From positions 4,704,001 to 4,768,000 of the forward strand of contig OZ242010.1 in NCBI GenBank assembly GCA_965204745.1: a stretch of 64,000 nucleotides of DNA. The letters are read 5' to 3'. Within the stretch, counting starts at the first letter, position 1. Each line of letters opens with the position of its first letter. The notes below the pieces were generated by a model that saw only the letters and a list, made by a program, of their open reading frames with translations, made no database searches and was not told where the DNA came from. The translations under genes and the position numbers were made by a program. Below, one piece after another: positions 1-11,205 of the stretch. The stretch is from Candidatus Latescibacterota bacterium (GTDB lineage: Bacteria; Latescibacterota; UBA2968).

Positions 1-34
1 TTATCCTGCGGTTCTGAGTGAAGGAGGAAGTGAC

Positions 35-325
35 GTGCGGTTTCAAGGCAAAATTTATCGGAACGGAAAATTTTGCCTTGCGGAAATCCCAATTCTCGAC
101 GCGATGACGCAGGGATATACGCGAGAAGAAGCATATCGCATGGTCAAAGATCTGCTGGAAACACTGGTCAACCGCCCGGATTTTTCCGTTGAAATTCACC
201 GCGCAAAACGCGGCAATTTCGAGGTCAGTGCCTCAGATATGTGCGCTATGATCAGCCTGATGCTTCGGCGTCAGCGCGAGGATAGAGCTTGCCCGCGTTC
301 ATCGCAAAGTAGCGAATCAGCGTGA
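35..325 (+). pseudogene. HicB-like antitoxin, apparently truncated (C-terminal HTH missing)
   Basis: RBS AAGGAGG then GTG. The N-terminal pattern LAEIPILDAMTQGYTREEAYRMVKDLL resembles the HicB RNase H-like fold. The sequence degenerates after LRRQRE, where an HTH would normally start. Confidence 0.55.
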
Positions 326-357
326 AAACTATCATTGGCAACTTGCGAATGAATAAT

Positions 358-637
358 GCGTTTGGTCCTACAGCCTCATTGGTTGCCTCCGATGCCTTCG
401 GCGACTTACTTTTTTTCAACAGCAAAAAAAGTAAGCAAAAAATGCCGCTCTCAAACGCCGAGGGGCTTGCACAGCGCAAAACGCTTTTGTAACAGAACGA
501 CATGCGTCAGCCTGCAAAGTGGATTGCTAGATGGATGTTGGTTGCGAGACGGACTTGCGCGCTGTGCGTTATGGCTTGATAGGAGGGGGTTTTGCGAGAG
601 CACTTGTTGGGATGTCTTCTTTGAACTGCGGAACGTC
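358..637. repeat. ~280-bp dispersed non-coding element, copy 1
   Basis: Aligns along its length with 56007-56287. Contains the hairpin cttacttttttt...aaaaaaagtaag. Confidence 0.85.
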
Positions 638-726
638 AGGGCTTGATTTTCTTGTCTTCATTCTCTGCTCTGATTATTATCGCGAGGAAATAACGCACGC
701 GATTGCCAAGTGATTTCGAGGATGCT

Positions 727-2028
727 ATGACGCCTAATATTTTGTTTATCCACGTCGATCAGATGCACGCCGATGCGGTTTCTGCGCTCGGGTGCGAACA
801 TTTGCATACGCCTGCGATTGATCGGCTCGTGCGGGAGGGCTATGCGTTTACCAAAGCCTATTGCGCCATGCCCCAGTGTTGTCCGTCTCGGGCGAGTTGG
901 TACACGGGGCGCATGTCCAAAGAACACGGTGTTGTGGTCAATGCCCATCCCATCGATCCCGATGTTCCGGATCTCGGCCAGTGGTTGCGCCGCGAGAATT
1001 ACGATTGCGTGTACACGGGCAAGTGGCACGTTACGGGACGCGAGTTGCACGCGAGTTTTGACGTGTTGCAACCCCAGCACGGCATGGGGGAACTCAACGA
1101 TGGCAATGTGGCCCGATCCGCGGTTGCGTACCTGAAAAACCGCGCCTCTGACAAACCCTTCTTTTTGAGTGTGGGATTTTTGAACCCGCACGACTGTTGT
1201 TTTCCGGCTATGGCGCACGGCGGCCCGGGCAAGTACGCGTTTGCACCGAAAATTGAAGGCGAGTTACCGCCTTTGCCCGGGAATTTTGACGACGAGTACG
1301 CGCAGCGCGGGCGGCCCAATGTTCGCCAGTGGTCGCGCCGAGACTGGCAGTATTATATTTACCAGTACTACCGCATGGTCGAAATGGTCGATGCGGAAAT
1401 CGGTCGCGTGATGGACGCGCTGCGCGCATCGCCTTACGCGGGGAATACCCTCGTGATTTTTGCGTCTGACCACGGCGATGGCTTGGGCTTTCACAGCAAG
1501 ACGAGCAAAGGCTTCCTCGAAGAAGAAGCCTTTCGCGTGCCCACCCTCGCGTGGTGGCCGGGACAGATTCCCGGCGGCGTGCGGAATGGGGACCACCTCA
1601 TTTCGGGCGTGGATATTGCCGCGACAATATGCGACTATGCCGGCGCGCCGCCCTTGCCCAAGACGACCATTGCGCGCTCTTGGCGGCCCATCTTTGAAGG
1701 GCGCGCCGCGCCGTGGCGCGATTACGTCATCGGCGAGACCTCTGTCGGCCCTCTGTCGGTTGCGGTGCGCGATGCGCGGTACAAAAGCATTATTGAACAG
1801 GAAAACACGCGCCTCTACGATCTCGAGGCCGACCCGCTCGAAACCCGGGATCTCGCTGGCGAAGCGCGCTATGCGGATATCGTGGCGCGCCACCGGGCGC
1901 ATTTTCGCGAATACATCTCGCAGATAGAACTGTACCCCGAACCGGAAACCGGTCGTGGATCTGGGAGACGCGGCAACCTGTATCGAGAATACATCGACTG
2001 GTATCACTCTGTACTCAATGAGGCATGA
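727..2028 (+). CDS. Sulfatase (Cys-type, formylglycine-dependent)
   Basis: PNILFIHVDQ, CxPxR motif CCPSRASWYTG, GKWH, SDHG. ATG at 727 follows GAGGA. Confidence 0.93.
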   Translation: MTPNILFIHVDQMHADAVSALGCEHLHTPAIDRLVREGYAFTKAYCAMPQCCPSRASWYTGRMSKEHGVVVNAHPIDPDVPDLGQWLRRENYDCVYTGKWHVTGRELHASFDVLQPQHGMGELNDGNVARSAVAYLKNRASDKPFFLSVGFLNPHDCCFPAMAHGGPGKYAFAPKIEGELPPLPGNFDDEYAQRGRPNVRQWSRRDWQYYIYQYYRMVEMVDAEIGRVMDALRASPYAGNTLVIFASDHGDGLGFHSKTSKGFLEEEAFRVPTLAWWPGQIPGGVRNGDHLISGVDIAATICDYAGAPPLPKTTIARSWRPIFEGRAAPWRDYVIGETSVGPLSVAVRDARYKSIIEQENTRLYDLEADPLETRDLAGEARYADIVARHRAHFREYISQIELYPEPETGRGSGRRGNLYREYIDWYHSVLNEA

Positions 2029-2032
2029 CACT

Positions 2033-2734
2033 ATGGCAATCGACACTTCTACCGGCCCCTATGCCGTCAAGCCCATCCGCGATTTTCTCGGGGATTTCGC
2101 GCCTGTGCAAAAGGCGATAGCGGATGCCGATCAGGCCACGCTGACTTACGATATCCTCAACTGGAACTTCGCGCCCAACCAACCGCCGCCGTGCCCAAAC
2201 AGCGTGTATGGCTCTTTGACCATTCGGCGGGAACAGGGCCAGGTGTATCACGTCCACCAACGGACCCGCATTGGCGGCGAACCGACCTTTTTTAATGCAG
2301 AGATGATTTGCAACGCGGATGACACGCTCGAGTTTTGGACGCTGCACACCTATCGCGCTGATGCCGATGGGGATCCGATTCCGATTTCTGAATTGCGCGA
2401 AAGCTGGACAAATGAAGCCGGGCGCATTCGCTCTCGAGATGGCGCGTATCAATATCGCGCAACGCGGCCGGTTTTCAGCCACTGGGTGCTCCCGCATCTC
2501 TTGTTGAGACGCCCGGTTTCGATGGCGTTTGACATGTTGCAAGACCTTTCCCTTTTTCGGCCCAACCATAAGCTCGTTCCGGATGGGCGCGTGGATCTCC
2601 CCGTCGGCTCTTATGACGTATATGCCCAAACGGGCGAAGGTGTTTTGCCCATCCACTACTTGCTGGACAAAGACCGCCGCCCGCAACTCATTGCGTTTGG
2701 GCTTATCGCTTGGGCATTGCGGGATGTCGCATGA
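2033..2734 (+). CDS. Hypothetical protein
   Basis: Long ORF packed between the sulfatase and coaD on the same strand. No motif recognised. Confidence 0.7.
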   Translation: MAIDTSTGPYAVKPIRDFLGDFAPVQKAIADADQATLTYDILNWNFAPNQPPPCPNSVYGSLTIRREQGQVYHVHQRTRIGGEPTFFNAEMICNADDTLEFWTLHTYRADADGDPIPISELRESWTNEAGRIRSRDGAYQYRATRPVFSHWVLPHLLLRRPVSMAFDMLQDLSLFRPNHKLVPDGRVDLPVGSYDVYAQTGEGVLPIHYLLDKDRRPQLIAFGLIAWALRDVA

Positions 2735-2746
2735 AAGGGAATTTCC

Positions 2747-3235
2747 ATGAAAAAAGCCGTGTACGCCGCCAGTTTTGATCCCGTTACCAACGGCCACCTG
2801 TGGGTTATTCAGCAGGCGGCTCGGCTTTTCGATCAACTCGTCGTCGCCATTGGGATCAATCCGGAAAAGGACTATACTTTTTCCCTGAAAGAACGGCTCG
2901 ACCTGCTAGAGGAAACGACGGCTCAGTTCGACAATGTCACCGTCGCCAGCTACGAGAATCAATTTCTCGTCACGTACGCGCGGGGCATTGGCGCGGATTA
3001 TATCGTGCGCGGCATTCGCACGCAGACCGATTATGAGTTTGAACGCAGGATGCGCTATATCAACAGCGATCTCGACAACAGCATTACCACCATTTTTTTG
3101 ATGCCCCCGCGCGAGATCGCCGAGATCAGTTCCAGTTTTATCAAGGGCTTGGTCGGGCCTGACGGCTGGCGAGATGTGGTGAAACGCTATGTGCCGGAAC
3201 CCGTGTTTCACAAGTTTATCGAGCATTTTGAATAG
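2747..3235 (+). CDS. coaD: Pantetheine-phosphate adenylyltransferase
   Basis: SFDPVTNGH (HxGH-like), [18 protein letters not shown]; 162 aa. Confidence 0.96.
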   Translation: MKKAVYAASFDPVTNGHLWVIQQAARLFDQLVVAIGINPEKDYTFSLKERLDLLEETTAQFDNVTVASYENQFLVTYARGIGADYIVRGIRTQTDYEFERRMRYINSDLDNSITTIFLMPPREIAEISSSFIKGLVGPDGWRDVVKRYVPEPVFHKFIEHFE

Positions 3236-5615
3236 CCGGCTTGCGCGGGCGTTTCATCAGGGCGGTTTTGAGGACTTGATCCATGTGCGATGCGAATATT
3301 AGTCTGAGGTCCTTGCGCGTGGTGTCGGGGATTTCGCGGGTGTCTTTGCGGTTTGCTTCGGGCAAGATGACGGTTTTCGCGCCTGCTCGGTGTGCTGCCA
3401 ACACTTTGTCGCGGATGCCGCCGATAGGCAACACTTTGCCGCGCAAGGTGATTTCGCCGGTCATCGCCACATCTTTGCGGACGGGCCGGTTGGTGAATAC
3501 CGATGCCAGCACGGTCGCCATGGTAATCCCGGCCGAGGGACCATCCTTGGGCACCGCGCCGGCGGGTACGTGGACGTGTACATCCGCCTTCTCGTTGAAT
3601 TGCGCGTTGAGGTCCAGTTCGTGCCAGCGCGACCGCACGTAGGTCAGTGCGGCATGCGCGGATTCTTTCATCACATCGCCGACCTGCCCGGTCAGATTTA
3701 ACCCGCCCTTGCCGGGCACGACAGACGCCTCGACAAACAGGACATCGCCGCCGGCAGCGGTTACGGCCAGCCCGGCAGCGACTCCGACCTCGTGATCTTC
3801 TTCGGCGACTTCGTAGCGGAACTTTTGTGGCCCCAAGTAGTCGGCCACATTTTTTTGTTGTACGCGCACGCGCCGCTTGCGGCCCTGGGCGAATTTGCGC
3901 GCCACTTTGCGCGCTATGGTTGCGATCTCGCGCTCCAGGTTGCGGACGCCGGCCTCGCGGGTGTGGTACTGAATCACCTCTTGCAGGGCGGCTTTGTCGA
4001 ACGACATGTTTTTTGCGGTCAAGCCGTGTTCTGAAATCTGCCGTTTGACCAGGTACCGGCGCGCGATCTCCAGTTTTTCGACTTCGGTATAGCCCGAAAC
4101 CTCCAACACCTCCATCCTGTCCATCAGCGCAGGGGGAATGGTGTGGAGGGAATTGGCCGTCGCGAGAAACAAGACTTCTGACAGGTCAAAGGCGACGTCC
4201 AAGTAGTGATCCACAAAGGTGTTGTTTTGCGCGGGGTCTAAAACCTCCAACAGGGCGGCCGACGGGTCGCCGCGAAAATCCGCGCCCAATTTGTCGATTT
4301 CATCCAGCATAAACACCGGGTTTTTCGTGCCAGCGCGCCTCAAGCCCTGAATGATGCGCCCGGGCAACGCGCCGATATAGGTGCGGCGGTGCCCGCGGAT
4401 TTCCGATTCATCGCGCACGCCCCCCAAGGACATTCTCACAAATTCGCGGCTGAGTGCTCGGGCCACGGATTTGCCCAGGGAGGTTTTGCCCGTGCCCGGC
4501 GGGCCGACCAGCAACAAAATGGGGCCGCGCATGTCGTTTTTTAAGTGGCGCACGGACAGGTATTCCAAAATGCGCTCTTTGGGTTTTTCCAACCCGTAGT
4601 GGTCCGCATCCAAAACGCGCTCGGCTTTTGTCACGTCCAACTGATCGTCCGTTTTCTTTTGCCACGGGAGTTCGACCAACCAGTCCAGATAGGTGCGCGA
4701 TACGGTGTACTCTGCCGAGGCTTCGGGCATGCGCGCCATGCGATTGAGTTCGCGCTCGGCTTCGGCGCGTGCTTCTTCGGACATGCCCGCGGCTTTGACC
4801 TTTTCGCGCAGGTCTTCTCGTTCGGCCCCCAGGTCTTCGCCTTCGCCGAGTTCATCTCGAATGGCCCGCAGTTGTTGGCGCAGAAAATACTCTTTTTGGG
4901 CATCTTCCATCGACCCCGCGGCTTCCGAACTGATCTTTTCCCGCAATTCCAATATTTCAACTTCGCGGTTTAAGGACTGGTTGATCGCTTCCAAGCGCCG
5001 ATGCAGGTCGCGCTCAGACAGGATTTTTTGTCGTTCTTCAAACCCGATGTTGAGTTGTGAGGCGATAAAATCCGCTTTGTGGGTTATTTCGGAAAGGGCG
5101 TCTAAGGCCGCGCCCACTTCTCGGGGCACGTTGGGGGCGAGGGCTATGGCTTTTTTGAACTGGCCGAATACGTTGCGGGCGAGGGCTTCCAATTCCGTGT
5201 TTTGCTCGACGATAGAGGTCACTTTCTCGACTTGGGCCAGGGGAAAGGGATGCGACTGCAACACGTCTATCAGGGCGAGGCGGGCCATGCCCTGCACGAG
5301 TACCTGCATGCGTCCGTCGGGTGTTTGCGCGGAACGCGCGATGTAGATCGCAGTGCCCACGGGATACAAAAACTCGCGGCGCACGTCTTCCCCGCGTTCT
5401 TCAGCATCGCTCGCTTTGAGTTCTCCGAAAATGGCGATCACTTTGTGCCCGGCGTCTATCGCGTCTTGCGCGGCTTTGATTGCACGCTCGTCTTCCAACA
5501 ACAAGGGCGCGGCCATCAGGGGGTAAATCACCACTTCAGATGTGACCAGCATGGGCAATTCAGAGGGGATGCGATACGCTTCGATTGCGTTCACGCTCGT
5601 TAAGGGGTCTGCCAT
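3216..5615 (-). CDS. lon: ATP-dependent Lon protease
   Basis: LON N-domain, Walker [15 protein letters not shown], catalytic [16 protein letters not shown]. Confidence 0.98.
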   Translation of the reverse strand: MADPLTSVNAIEAYRIPSELPMLVTSEVVIYPLMAAPLLLEDERAIKAAQDAIDAGHKVIAIFGELKASDAEERGEDVRREFLYPVGTAIYIARSAQTPDGRMQVLVQGMARLALIDVLQSHPFPLAQVEKVTSIVEQNTELEALARNVFGQFKKAIALAPNVPREVGAALDALSEITHKADFIASQLNIGFEERQKILSERDLHRRLEAINQSLNREVEILELREKISSEAAGSMEDAQKEYFLRQQLRAIRDELGEGEDLGAEREDLREKVKAAGMSEEARAEAERELNRMARMPEASAEYTVSRTYLDWLVELPWQKKTDDQLDVTKAERVLDADHYGLEKPKERILEYLSVRHLKNDMRGPILLLVGPPGTGKTSLGKSVARALSREFVRMSLGGVRDESEIRGHRRTYIGALPGRIIQGLRRAGTKNPVFMLDEIDKLGADFRGDPSAALLEVLDPAQNNTFVDHYLDVAFDLSEVLFLATANSLHTIPPALMDRMEVLEVSGYTEVEKLEIARRYLVKRQISEHGLTAKNMSFDKAALQEVIQYHTREAGVRNLEREIATIARKVARKFAQGRKRRVRVQQKNVADYLGPQKFRYEVAEEDHEVGVAAGLAVTAAGGDVLFVEASVVPGKGGLNLTGQVGDVMKESAHAALTYVRSRWHELDLNAQFNEKADVHVHVPAGAVPKDGPSAGITMATVLASVFTNRPVRKDVAMTGEITLRGKVLPIGGIRDKVLAAHRAGAKTVILPEANRKDTREIPDTTRKDLRLIFASHMDQVLKTALMKRPRKPAIQNAR

Positions 5616-5840
5616 GACATACACTCCTATGGATGGGTATTATCGCAATGGTGCATGTATATGCAACATCCGTGCCGAAAAAACAAAAATTTGGCTAATT
5701 GTTTCATTTACAACAAAATATAAATTTTCGCGCCTAATGTGCGATCCGATCCGCACGCTGGCGTTCGTCAGAATGGCAGTTGGGACAACGCTCTGTATGA
5801 TATTATTTTACGCTGGAAACGCATTGGGAGTTTCGCAATC

Positions 5841-7004
5841 ATGTCTTCTACTTACCACACCCTCGTCATCGGCGCGGGCATCAATGGCTTGAGCACTTGC
5901 TATCATCTCTCGCGGCAGAACGTACGCGGTATTGGCCTGCTTGAACAATTTGCACTCGGTCACGACAGGGGCAGTTCGCACGGGCACTCGCGCATTACGC
6001 GCAGCGCGTACGTGAACGCGCATTACGTGCGTCTGATGCAAATCGCGCACAACGAGGCATGGCCGCAACTCGAACGCGACTCGGGCAGACAACTCGTCTA
6101 TCCCACGCCCGGTTGCTTTTTCGGTCCGCCGAATGGGAAATACAAAAGCTATGCCCAAGCGGTTGCAGATGTCGGGGTTGACATGGAACAACTCACCCCG
6201 GAAGAAGGCAGGAGACGCTTTCCGCACTTTCGGTTTGAAAATGCCGCGGGCGTTCTCTGCGACCACACGGCCGGCCTCATCGCCGCCGCGCAGACCATTC
6301 AATCGCTCATTCGCCTCATTCGCAAACGGGGGGTGGACATCCGGGAAAACGCGATGGTTCAGCGCGTCGACCCGACGCGCGATCCCATTCGCGTCGAAAC
6401 CTCTGTGGGCGATCTCGAAACCGAGCGTCTCATCGTCACGGCAGGCCCTTGGGCAGCGCGGCTTCTGCCGGTTCTCAACTCGCGCGTTGCGGTGGCGCGG
6501 CAGACGGTGGGTTATTTTCGACTTGCGGGAGTGCGGGAACGAGATGCGTTCCCGGTTTGGGGCTATCTTTTGGGCAGGGGCGATATGGGGTATTACGGGT
6601 TGCCGCAATTTGGGCGGGATGGGATCAAGATCGCCAAACACATTGTCAGCGGCGTCGATGACGATCCGGACGACGTGCCGGTGCAGATGCCCGAAGTTGC
6701 CATTGACGATCTTCGCCGGTTCATCGAAGAACAATTCGTGCCGCCGGTTGCGCGGTTTGTAGGTTGGGAGACGTGTCTTTACACCAATACGGACACTGAG
6801 GATTTCATCTTGGACGTCCACCCGGACAATCCCCATGTGGTTATTGGCGCGGGCTTTTCTGGGCACGGGTTCAAGTTCGGCCCGCTCACGGGGCGCATCC
6901 TGTCTGAACTCAGTCTGGATGGAAAAACATCAATACCCGAATTTGAGGCGACCAGAGAGATGTTTAGGGCGGACTTTCAGCGCGTGTTGGACGCCCAGGG
7001 GTAG
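5841..7004 (+). CDS. Monomeric sarcosine oxidase / N-methyltryptophan oxidase family FAD oxidoreductase
   Basis: GAGING, GSSHGHSRITR, CLYTNT, GFSGHGFKFGP. Confidence 0.9.
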   Translation: MSSTYHTLVIGAGINGLSTCYHLSRQNVRGIGLLEQFALGHDRGSSHGHSRITRSAYVNAHYVRLMQIAHNEAWPQLERDSGRQLVYPTPGCFFGPPNGKYKSYAQAVADVGVDMEQLTPEEGRRRFPHFRFENAAGVLCDHTAGLIAAAQTIQSLIRLIRKRGVDIRENAMVQRVDPTRDPIRVETSVGDLETERLIVTAGPWAARLLPVLNSRVAVARQTVGYFRLAGVRERDAFPVWGYLLGRGDMGYYGLPQFGRDGIKIAKHIVSGVDDDPDDVPVQMPEVAIDDLRRFIEEQFVPPVARFVGWETCLYTNTDTEDFILDVHPDNPHVVIGAGFSGHGFKFGPLTGRILSELSLDGKTSIPEFEATREMFRADFQRVLDAQG

Positions 7005-7167
7005 GCCACTCCACTCAACCGCCCGTGCGGCCTCACCTCGCCATCCCGCCGCGTCTGAATCGCGGATTAAACGGATTGCGCGGATTGCGCGGATTACCCC
7101 ACACATCCCCACCACCGCTTCATCGTTCCCACTCCGCTGTGTCCTTCGCACTACCCGCCGCCATAGC

Positions 7168-7393
7168 CCTATCCCCCCGGCCCCCTTTCCTACGAGGAAA
7201 GGGGGAGCGCAGGGCTTTCTTGAAGGTTTGTATCCCTAGCTGTTCTGATGGCTTTGACCGAATGGATAATGCCATGAAATCCAACCCCCTCTCGCGCAAT
7301 CCCTCGCAAAACCTCTCGCCATTCCCCCCTTCTTCGCAGGCACAGGCGTAGCCTACAATGAGCGAAGCGAATAACGGGGCCAGGGGGGTAGGT
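7168..7393. repeat. REP/BIME-like palindromic element (ccccctttcct-n-gaggaaagggg family)
   Basis: Same GC hairpin and terminal motifs as 48709-48936, 51778-52733 and 55567-55724. Confidence 0.8.
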
Positions 7394-7407
7394 ACCAATT
7401 TGCTAAA

Positions 7408-7447
7408 TAAAAAATCGGGACATGCGCGACATGCCCCGATTTTTTTA
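7408..7447. terminator. Probable bidirectional intrinsic terminator
   Basis: aaaaaatcggg...cccgatttttt hairpin between convergent genes. Confidence 0.55.
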
Positions 7448-8557
7448 TGCCCTGGGGTCGCGTTTGAGCAAGGGCAGGGGATTGGGCGTGACGAGTACGC
7501 CGCCGTTTTCGTAGGATTCTATCGCCGCCCAGGTGTATTCGAGTGCGGCGAGGGCATCGCGTCCGGAGGCGCGGAGGTCTTCGCGGGGTACGCCACGGAC
7601 GACGTCTTCGAGAAATGCGTGGATGCGATTTGGGAATGTGGAACTAAAATCCGCAATTCCCGAATCATCGACAACAGGGCCGGCCGCAGTGCCGTGCGAC
7701 ATGTCTTCCGGATTGGCTACCGTGCCGGGCGCGGGCCAAAAGGTGATTTTTTCCACGCAGTTCTCAATACAAAATGTGCCGCGCGTACCGCCCACTTCAA
7801 CGCTCCACCACCCGCCCATGCCAAACGTGGTGTCTCCGCGCTGGCTGAGCAAATAGCCCATCGCGCCGCTTTCAAACCGCACATGGATGCTGTTGAGGGA
7901 AATCATGAGATCGCCCGCTTGCTTGCGAAAACTCGGCCGGTCAAAAAACGCCTGCACATGCGTGATGTCGCCGCAAAACTCGCGCATCACGCTGAAGGGA
8001 TGCGTGAGAAAGGCTTTGACGTGAAAATAGGGATGGCCCCAGGATTTCGGCCCCTTGTTGGGCCGATAGGTCGCTTCGCCGCCCGCAAAGCCCATTTTGT
8101 GGATGCAATAAATCTGTTCGCCCACCATGCCCGCGGCGAGATATTCCCGCGCTTTGTCCGCGGGTTGCGAGAAGTGATGGTTGAGATTGCAGCCGAGGTA
8201 GCGGTTTTGTTCTGCGGCATAGGCGACCATCTCCCGGGCTTCGTCAATGTCGTTGGACAGGGGTTTCTCGCACAAAACGTGTTTGCCTGCCGCGAGTGCT
8301 TCCATAGTGGGTTCGCAGTGCCAACTGCCGTTCTCATTGCCCCCGGTCGTCACGTCGACAATATCCAAGTCTTCGTTCTCGACCATGTCTTTGAGGCTGT
8401 AATACGCCTTAACGCCGTGTCGCGCAGCGGCCCTGTCTGCGGATGCTTCGACCACATCGCACACCGCGACGAGGTCTGCGAGATCGTCTGTTGCGTGACA
8501 AGCCGCATGCCGATTGCCAATGCCGCCCATCCCGACAACGCCAACTTTCAGTGCCAT
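7445..8557 (-). CDS. Gfo/Idh/MocA family oxidoreductase
   Basis: GVVGMGGIG Rossmann motif, AGKHVLCEKP. Confidence 0.92.
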   Translation of the reverse strand: MALKVGVVGMGGIGNRHAACHATDDLADLVAVCDVVEASADRAAARHGVKAYYSLKDMVENEDLDIVDVTTGGNENGSWHCEPTMEALAAGKHVLCEKPLSNDIDEAREMVAYAAEQNRYLGCNLNHHFSQPADKAREYLAAGMVGEQIYCIHKMGFAGGEATYRPNKGPKSWGHPYFHVKAFLTHPFSVMREFCGDITHVQAFFDRPSFRKQAGDLMISLNSIHVRFESGAMGYLLSQRGDTTFGMGGWWSVEVGGTRGTFCIENCVEKITFWPAPGTVANPEDMSHGTAAGPVVDDSGIADFSSTFPNRIHAFLEDVVRGVPREDLRASGRDALAALEYTWAAIESYENGGVLVTPNPLPLLKRDPRA

Positions 8558-8599
8558 GGTATCCTCTCCAAAAAAGGTGAAAAACGCACGCTGACCCCA

Positions 8600-9769
8600 T
8601 CAACGCATCGCGGAACGCTCAAACCGCTCCAGCACGACCCTCAATCCGGCCAGGGGTACGACATCGCGGCGGGAGTGCCGTTTCGCGCCCCCACAGACGA
8701 CCACTTTGCCCGAGATTTGCGGCAACACCCGTGCAATGCGGTTGAGGGCATCGTCTGAGGCAACCGTCGCGCTGGCTTTGATCTCGATTGCGCCGATGCC
8801 ATTGCCATTTTCGTACAAAAGGTCGCATTCCAATCCCCGGGCGTCTCGGAAAAATGACAGGTTGGACCGATAGCCCCGGTTGAACCGGTGTTTGAGTGCC
8901 TCCACGATGACCGCATTCTCAAACAGCGCGCCGCGAAGCGGATGGGTGGCAAGTTGCCCGGCGTGCTCGATGCCGATGAGGTAACTCGCCAGCCCCACGT
9001 CGTAAAAATAGAGCTTGGGGGACTTGACCAACCGCTTGCGTATATTGGCGTAAAACGGCGGGAGTAGGAAGACCACGTAACTCGCTTCCAAAACCGTCAG
9101 CCAGTGCCGCGCTGTGGGGTGCGAAACGCCGGCGTCCGCGCCCAAAGCAGAGAGATTGGCGAGTTGCCCCACGCGCCCGGCGCACAAGCGCACAAACCGG
9201 CGAAAGTTAGACAAGTTGCGAATCTCTCCAATTTGGCGCACATCGCGCTCCACATACGTTTCAAAGTAATCGCCGAGGGCTTGACGCGGTTCGAGTTTTT
9301 GATCGTGAATACGCGGATAACAACCCGAGTACAAAATGTCGTCTATGCGGTCACTCGCGCCGGTTTGTCGCCGTTCATCCAAAGAAAAGGGCAACAGGCG
9401 GAGCAGTGCAGTGCGCCCGGCCAGCGATTGGTTGATCGCATCGGAGAGCCTGAATTGCTCGCTGCCCGTGAGCACGAAAAGGCCGTTTTCGCGCTGTTCG
9501 TCTGCGAGGACTTGCAGGTAGGACAAGAGAATGGGCACGCGCTGGATCTCGTCCAAGATGGCACCACCGCCGAGTTGCGCGAGAAAGCCGCGGGGATCGG
9601 ATTCGGCAAATTCCCGCAGGTCGGGCGCTTCCAAGTTGGCGTACTGGAGATGGGGAAACGCGGCCCGGCAAAGCGTGGTCTTCCCAGACTGACGCGGCCC
9701 GGTCACTGTGACAAAGGGATACTTGCCGAAAAGCTCGACCAAGCAAGGTGTAATCTCTCGCGTAATCAT
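8600..9769 (-). CDS. AAA_14 ATPase with DUF4143 C-terminal domain
   Basis: Walker A GPRQSGKT, LDEIQR, LTGS, KSPKLYFYDVGL, GALFEN, ECDLL...IEIK. Confidence 0.9.
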   Translation of the reverse strand: MITREITPCLVELFGKYPFVTVTGPRQSGKTTLCRAAFPHLQYANLEAPDLREFAESDPRGFLAQLGGGAILDEIQRVPILLSYLQVLADEQRENGLFVLTGSEQFRLSDAINQSLAGRTALLRLLPFSLDERRQTGASDRIDDILYSGCYPRIHDQKLEPRQALGDYFETYVERDVRQIGEIRNLSNFRRFVRLCAGRVGQLANLSALGADAGVSHPTARHWLTVLEASYVVFLLPPFYANIRKRLVKSPKLYFYDVGLASYLIGIEHAGQLATHPLRGALFENAVIVEALKHRFNRGYRSNLSFFRDARGLECDLLYENGNGIGAIEIKASATVASDDALNRIARVLPQISGKVVVCGGAKRHSRRDVVPLAGLRVVLERFERSAMR

Positions 9770-9849
9770 GTTGTTCTCGGATAAAAATTCCTGCGGTTGA
9801 GCGCGATGTGTTCGATTTCATCGATCTCTTTATTGGAAAGACCGTCGCG

Positions 9850-9956
9850 AGTTTAGCCACAAAAGGCACAAAAGGCACAAGCGGGGTACAACTGGCGATA
9901 GACAGTTCAAAGGCACGAGCGGGGTACAACTGGCGATAGACAGTTCAAAGGTGAGC
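9850..9956. repeat. Two tandem 38-bp units preceded by ggcacaaaa 9-mers
   Basis: Unit ggcacgagcggggtacaactggcgatagacagttcaaa. A three-unit version lies at 11206-11350. Confidence 0.9.
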
Positions 9957-10082
9957 GATTTGTGTAGAGATGGTGCCCCCGTGCTCGCCCAAAGATACAA
10001 GAGGTGAGTTTCAAAATATCTCATCGCCAATCGCGATGCGGACGTGCTCGCCTTCGGCGATTCCGTTTTCGTAGATGGCGTC

Positions 10083-10670
10083 TCATCTTTCACGCCTTTG
10101 CGGCAGGGCGATGCCTGCAAATTCCAGCAGTTGCGCGACCAGGCGATAGGTGAGGCCCCACAGCGCCGGGCGGTTGGGGCCGAGCAGATCGAGCGCGGGC
10201 ATGTCGCGCCAGCCTTCGAGGTCGAGCACTTGCCTGCGGCGGGGATCGGTCAAATGTGCAAACGGCGTCCAAAAAACATCGCGGATCTCTGCATTGGGCG
10301 CGACCACCACGCCTCGGCGGATGGCATACGCAAAACAAGCCACTTGGATGGGCAGGGTCGCGCCCGTCACATCGTCCAACCGCCCGAGGTATTGCGCGCC
10401 ATGCAACTCGAGACCGAGTTCCTCGCGGGTCTCGCGCTCTGCCGTGTGTTTGAGGTCGCGGTCACAGGGTTCTGCTGTGCCGCCGGGAAAGGCGATGTGG
10501 CCCGACCACGGATCGGTCGGATGCGCGGCGCGCTCGATGAAGAGGAGATAGAGATCATCCGGGCGCAGGTGGAAAATCGCAGCGACAGCCGCCTGCGTCT
10601 TCTCCGGTTCCGAACGGGTATGGGGTCGGTGAGCCGATAGGGATCGCGTGAGGGTTTGGAATGGCGTCAT
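10083..10670 (-). CDS. Nudix hydrolase, CoA pyrophosphatase subfamily
   Basis: PWSGHIAFPGG...TAERETREELG Nudix box, LWGLT. Confidence 0.9.
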   Translation of the reverse strand: MTPFQTLTRSLSAHRPHTRSEPEKTQAAVAAIFHLRPDDLYLLFIERAAHPTDPWSGHIAFPGGTAEPCDRDLKHTAERETREELGLELHGAQYLGRLDDVTGATLPIQVACFAYAIRRGVVVAPNAEIRDVFWTPFAHLTDPRRRQVLDLEGWRDMPALDLLGPNRPALWGLTYRLVAQLLEFAGIALPQRRER

Positions 10671-11182
10671 TTGAGTTCGCCCATCCGAAACAGCGCGTGC
10701 AATTCAACACCCGCTTTGGCGAGATTCTCCGCGCCGCCCGATTCGCGGTCAATCACGCATAAGGCGTGCGAAACCCGCGCGCCGAGGGTGCGAAGGTCTT
10801 GCGTGGAAAGGGCGATTTGCCCGCCGGATGTGACCACATCCTCCACGATCAAAAGGCGTTTGCCCGCGATGTCGCCCCCTTCGGCGAGTTTGCAAGTGCC
10901 GTAGGTTTTGGCTTCTTTTCGCACAAAACAGGCGGGCAGGCCGCAAAGTTGAGAGAGCATCGTTGCGAGAGGCACGCCGCCGAGTTCAAGCCCTGCGAGC
11001 ACGTCCGTCTCGTCGGGAATGAGGGGCTGAAGGTGCGCGGCGATTTCGCGGAGGAGTTCGGGATCGGTTTCAAACTGGTACTTGTCGAAGTACTCCGTTG
11101 CAATCGCGCCTGACCGCAGGGTGAATTGCCCGGTCAGATGAGAAGTCTGATAAATGCGGCGTGCGAGTTCAAATCGGGTCAT
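10667..11182 (-). CDS. pyrE: Orotate phosphoribosyltransferase
   Basis: FTLRSG, YFDKY, VRKEAKTYGT, PRPP loop VEDVVTSGG. Confidence 0.93.
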   Translation of the reverse strand: MTRFELARRIYQTSHLTGQFTLRSGAIATEYFDKYQFETDPELLREIAAHLQPLIPDETDVLAGLELGGVPLATMLSQLCGLPACFVRKEAKTYGTCKLAEGGDIAGKRLLIVEDVVTSGGQIALSTQDLRTLGARVSHALCVIDRESGGAENLAKAGVELHALFRMGELK

Positions 11183-11205
11183 TGCGTCATCTCACTGAAA
11201 AAGGA

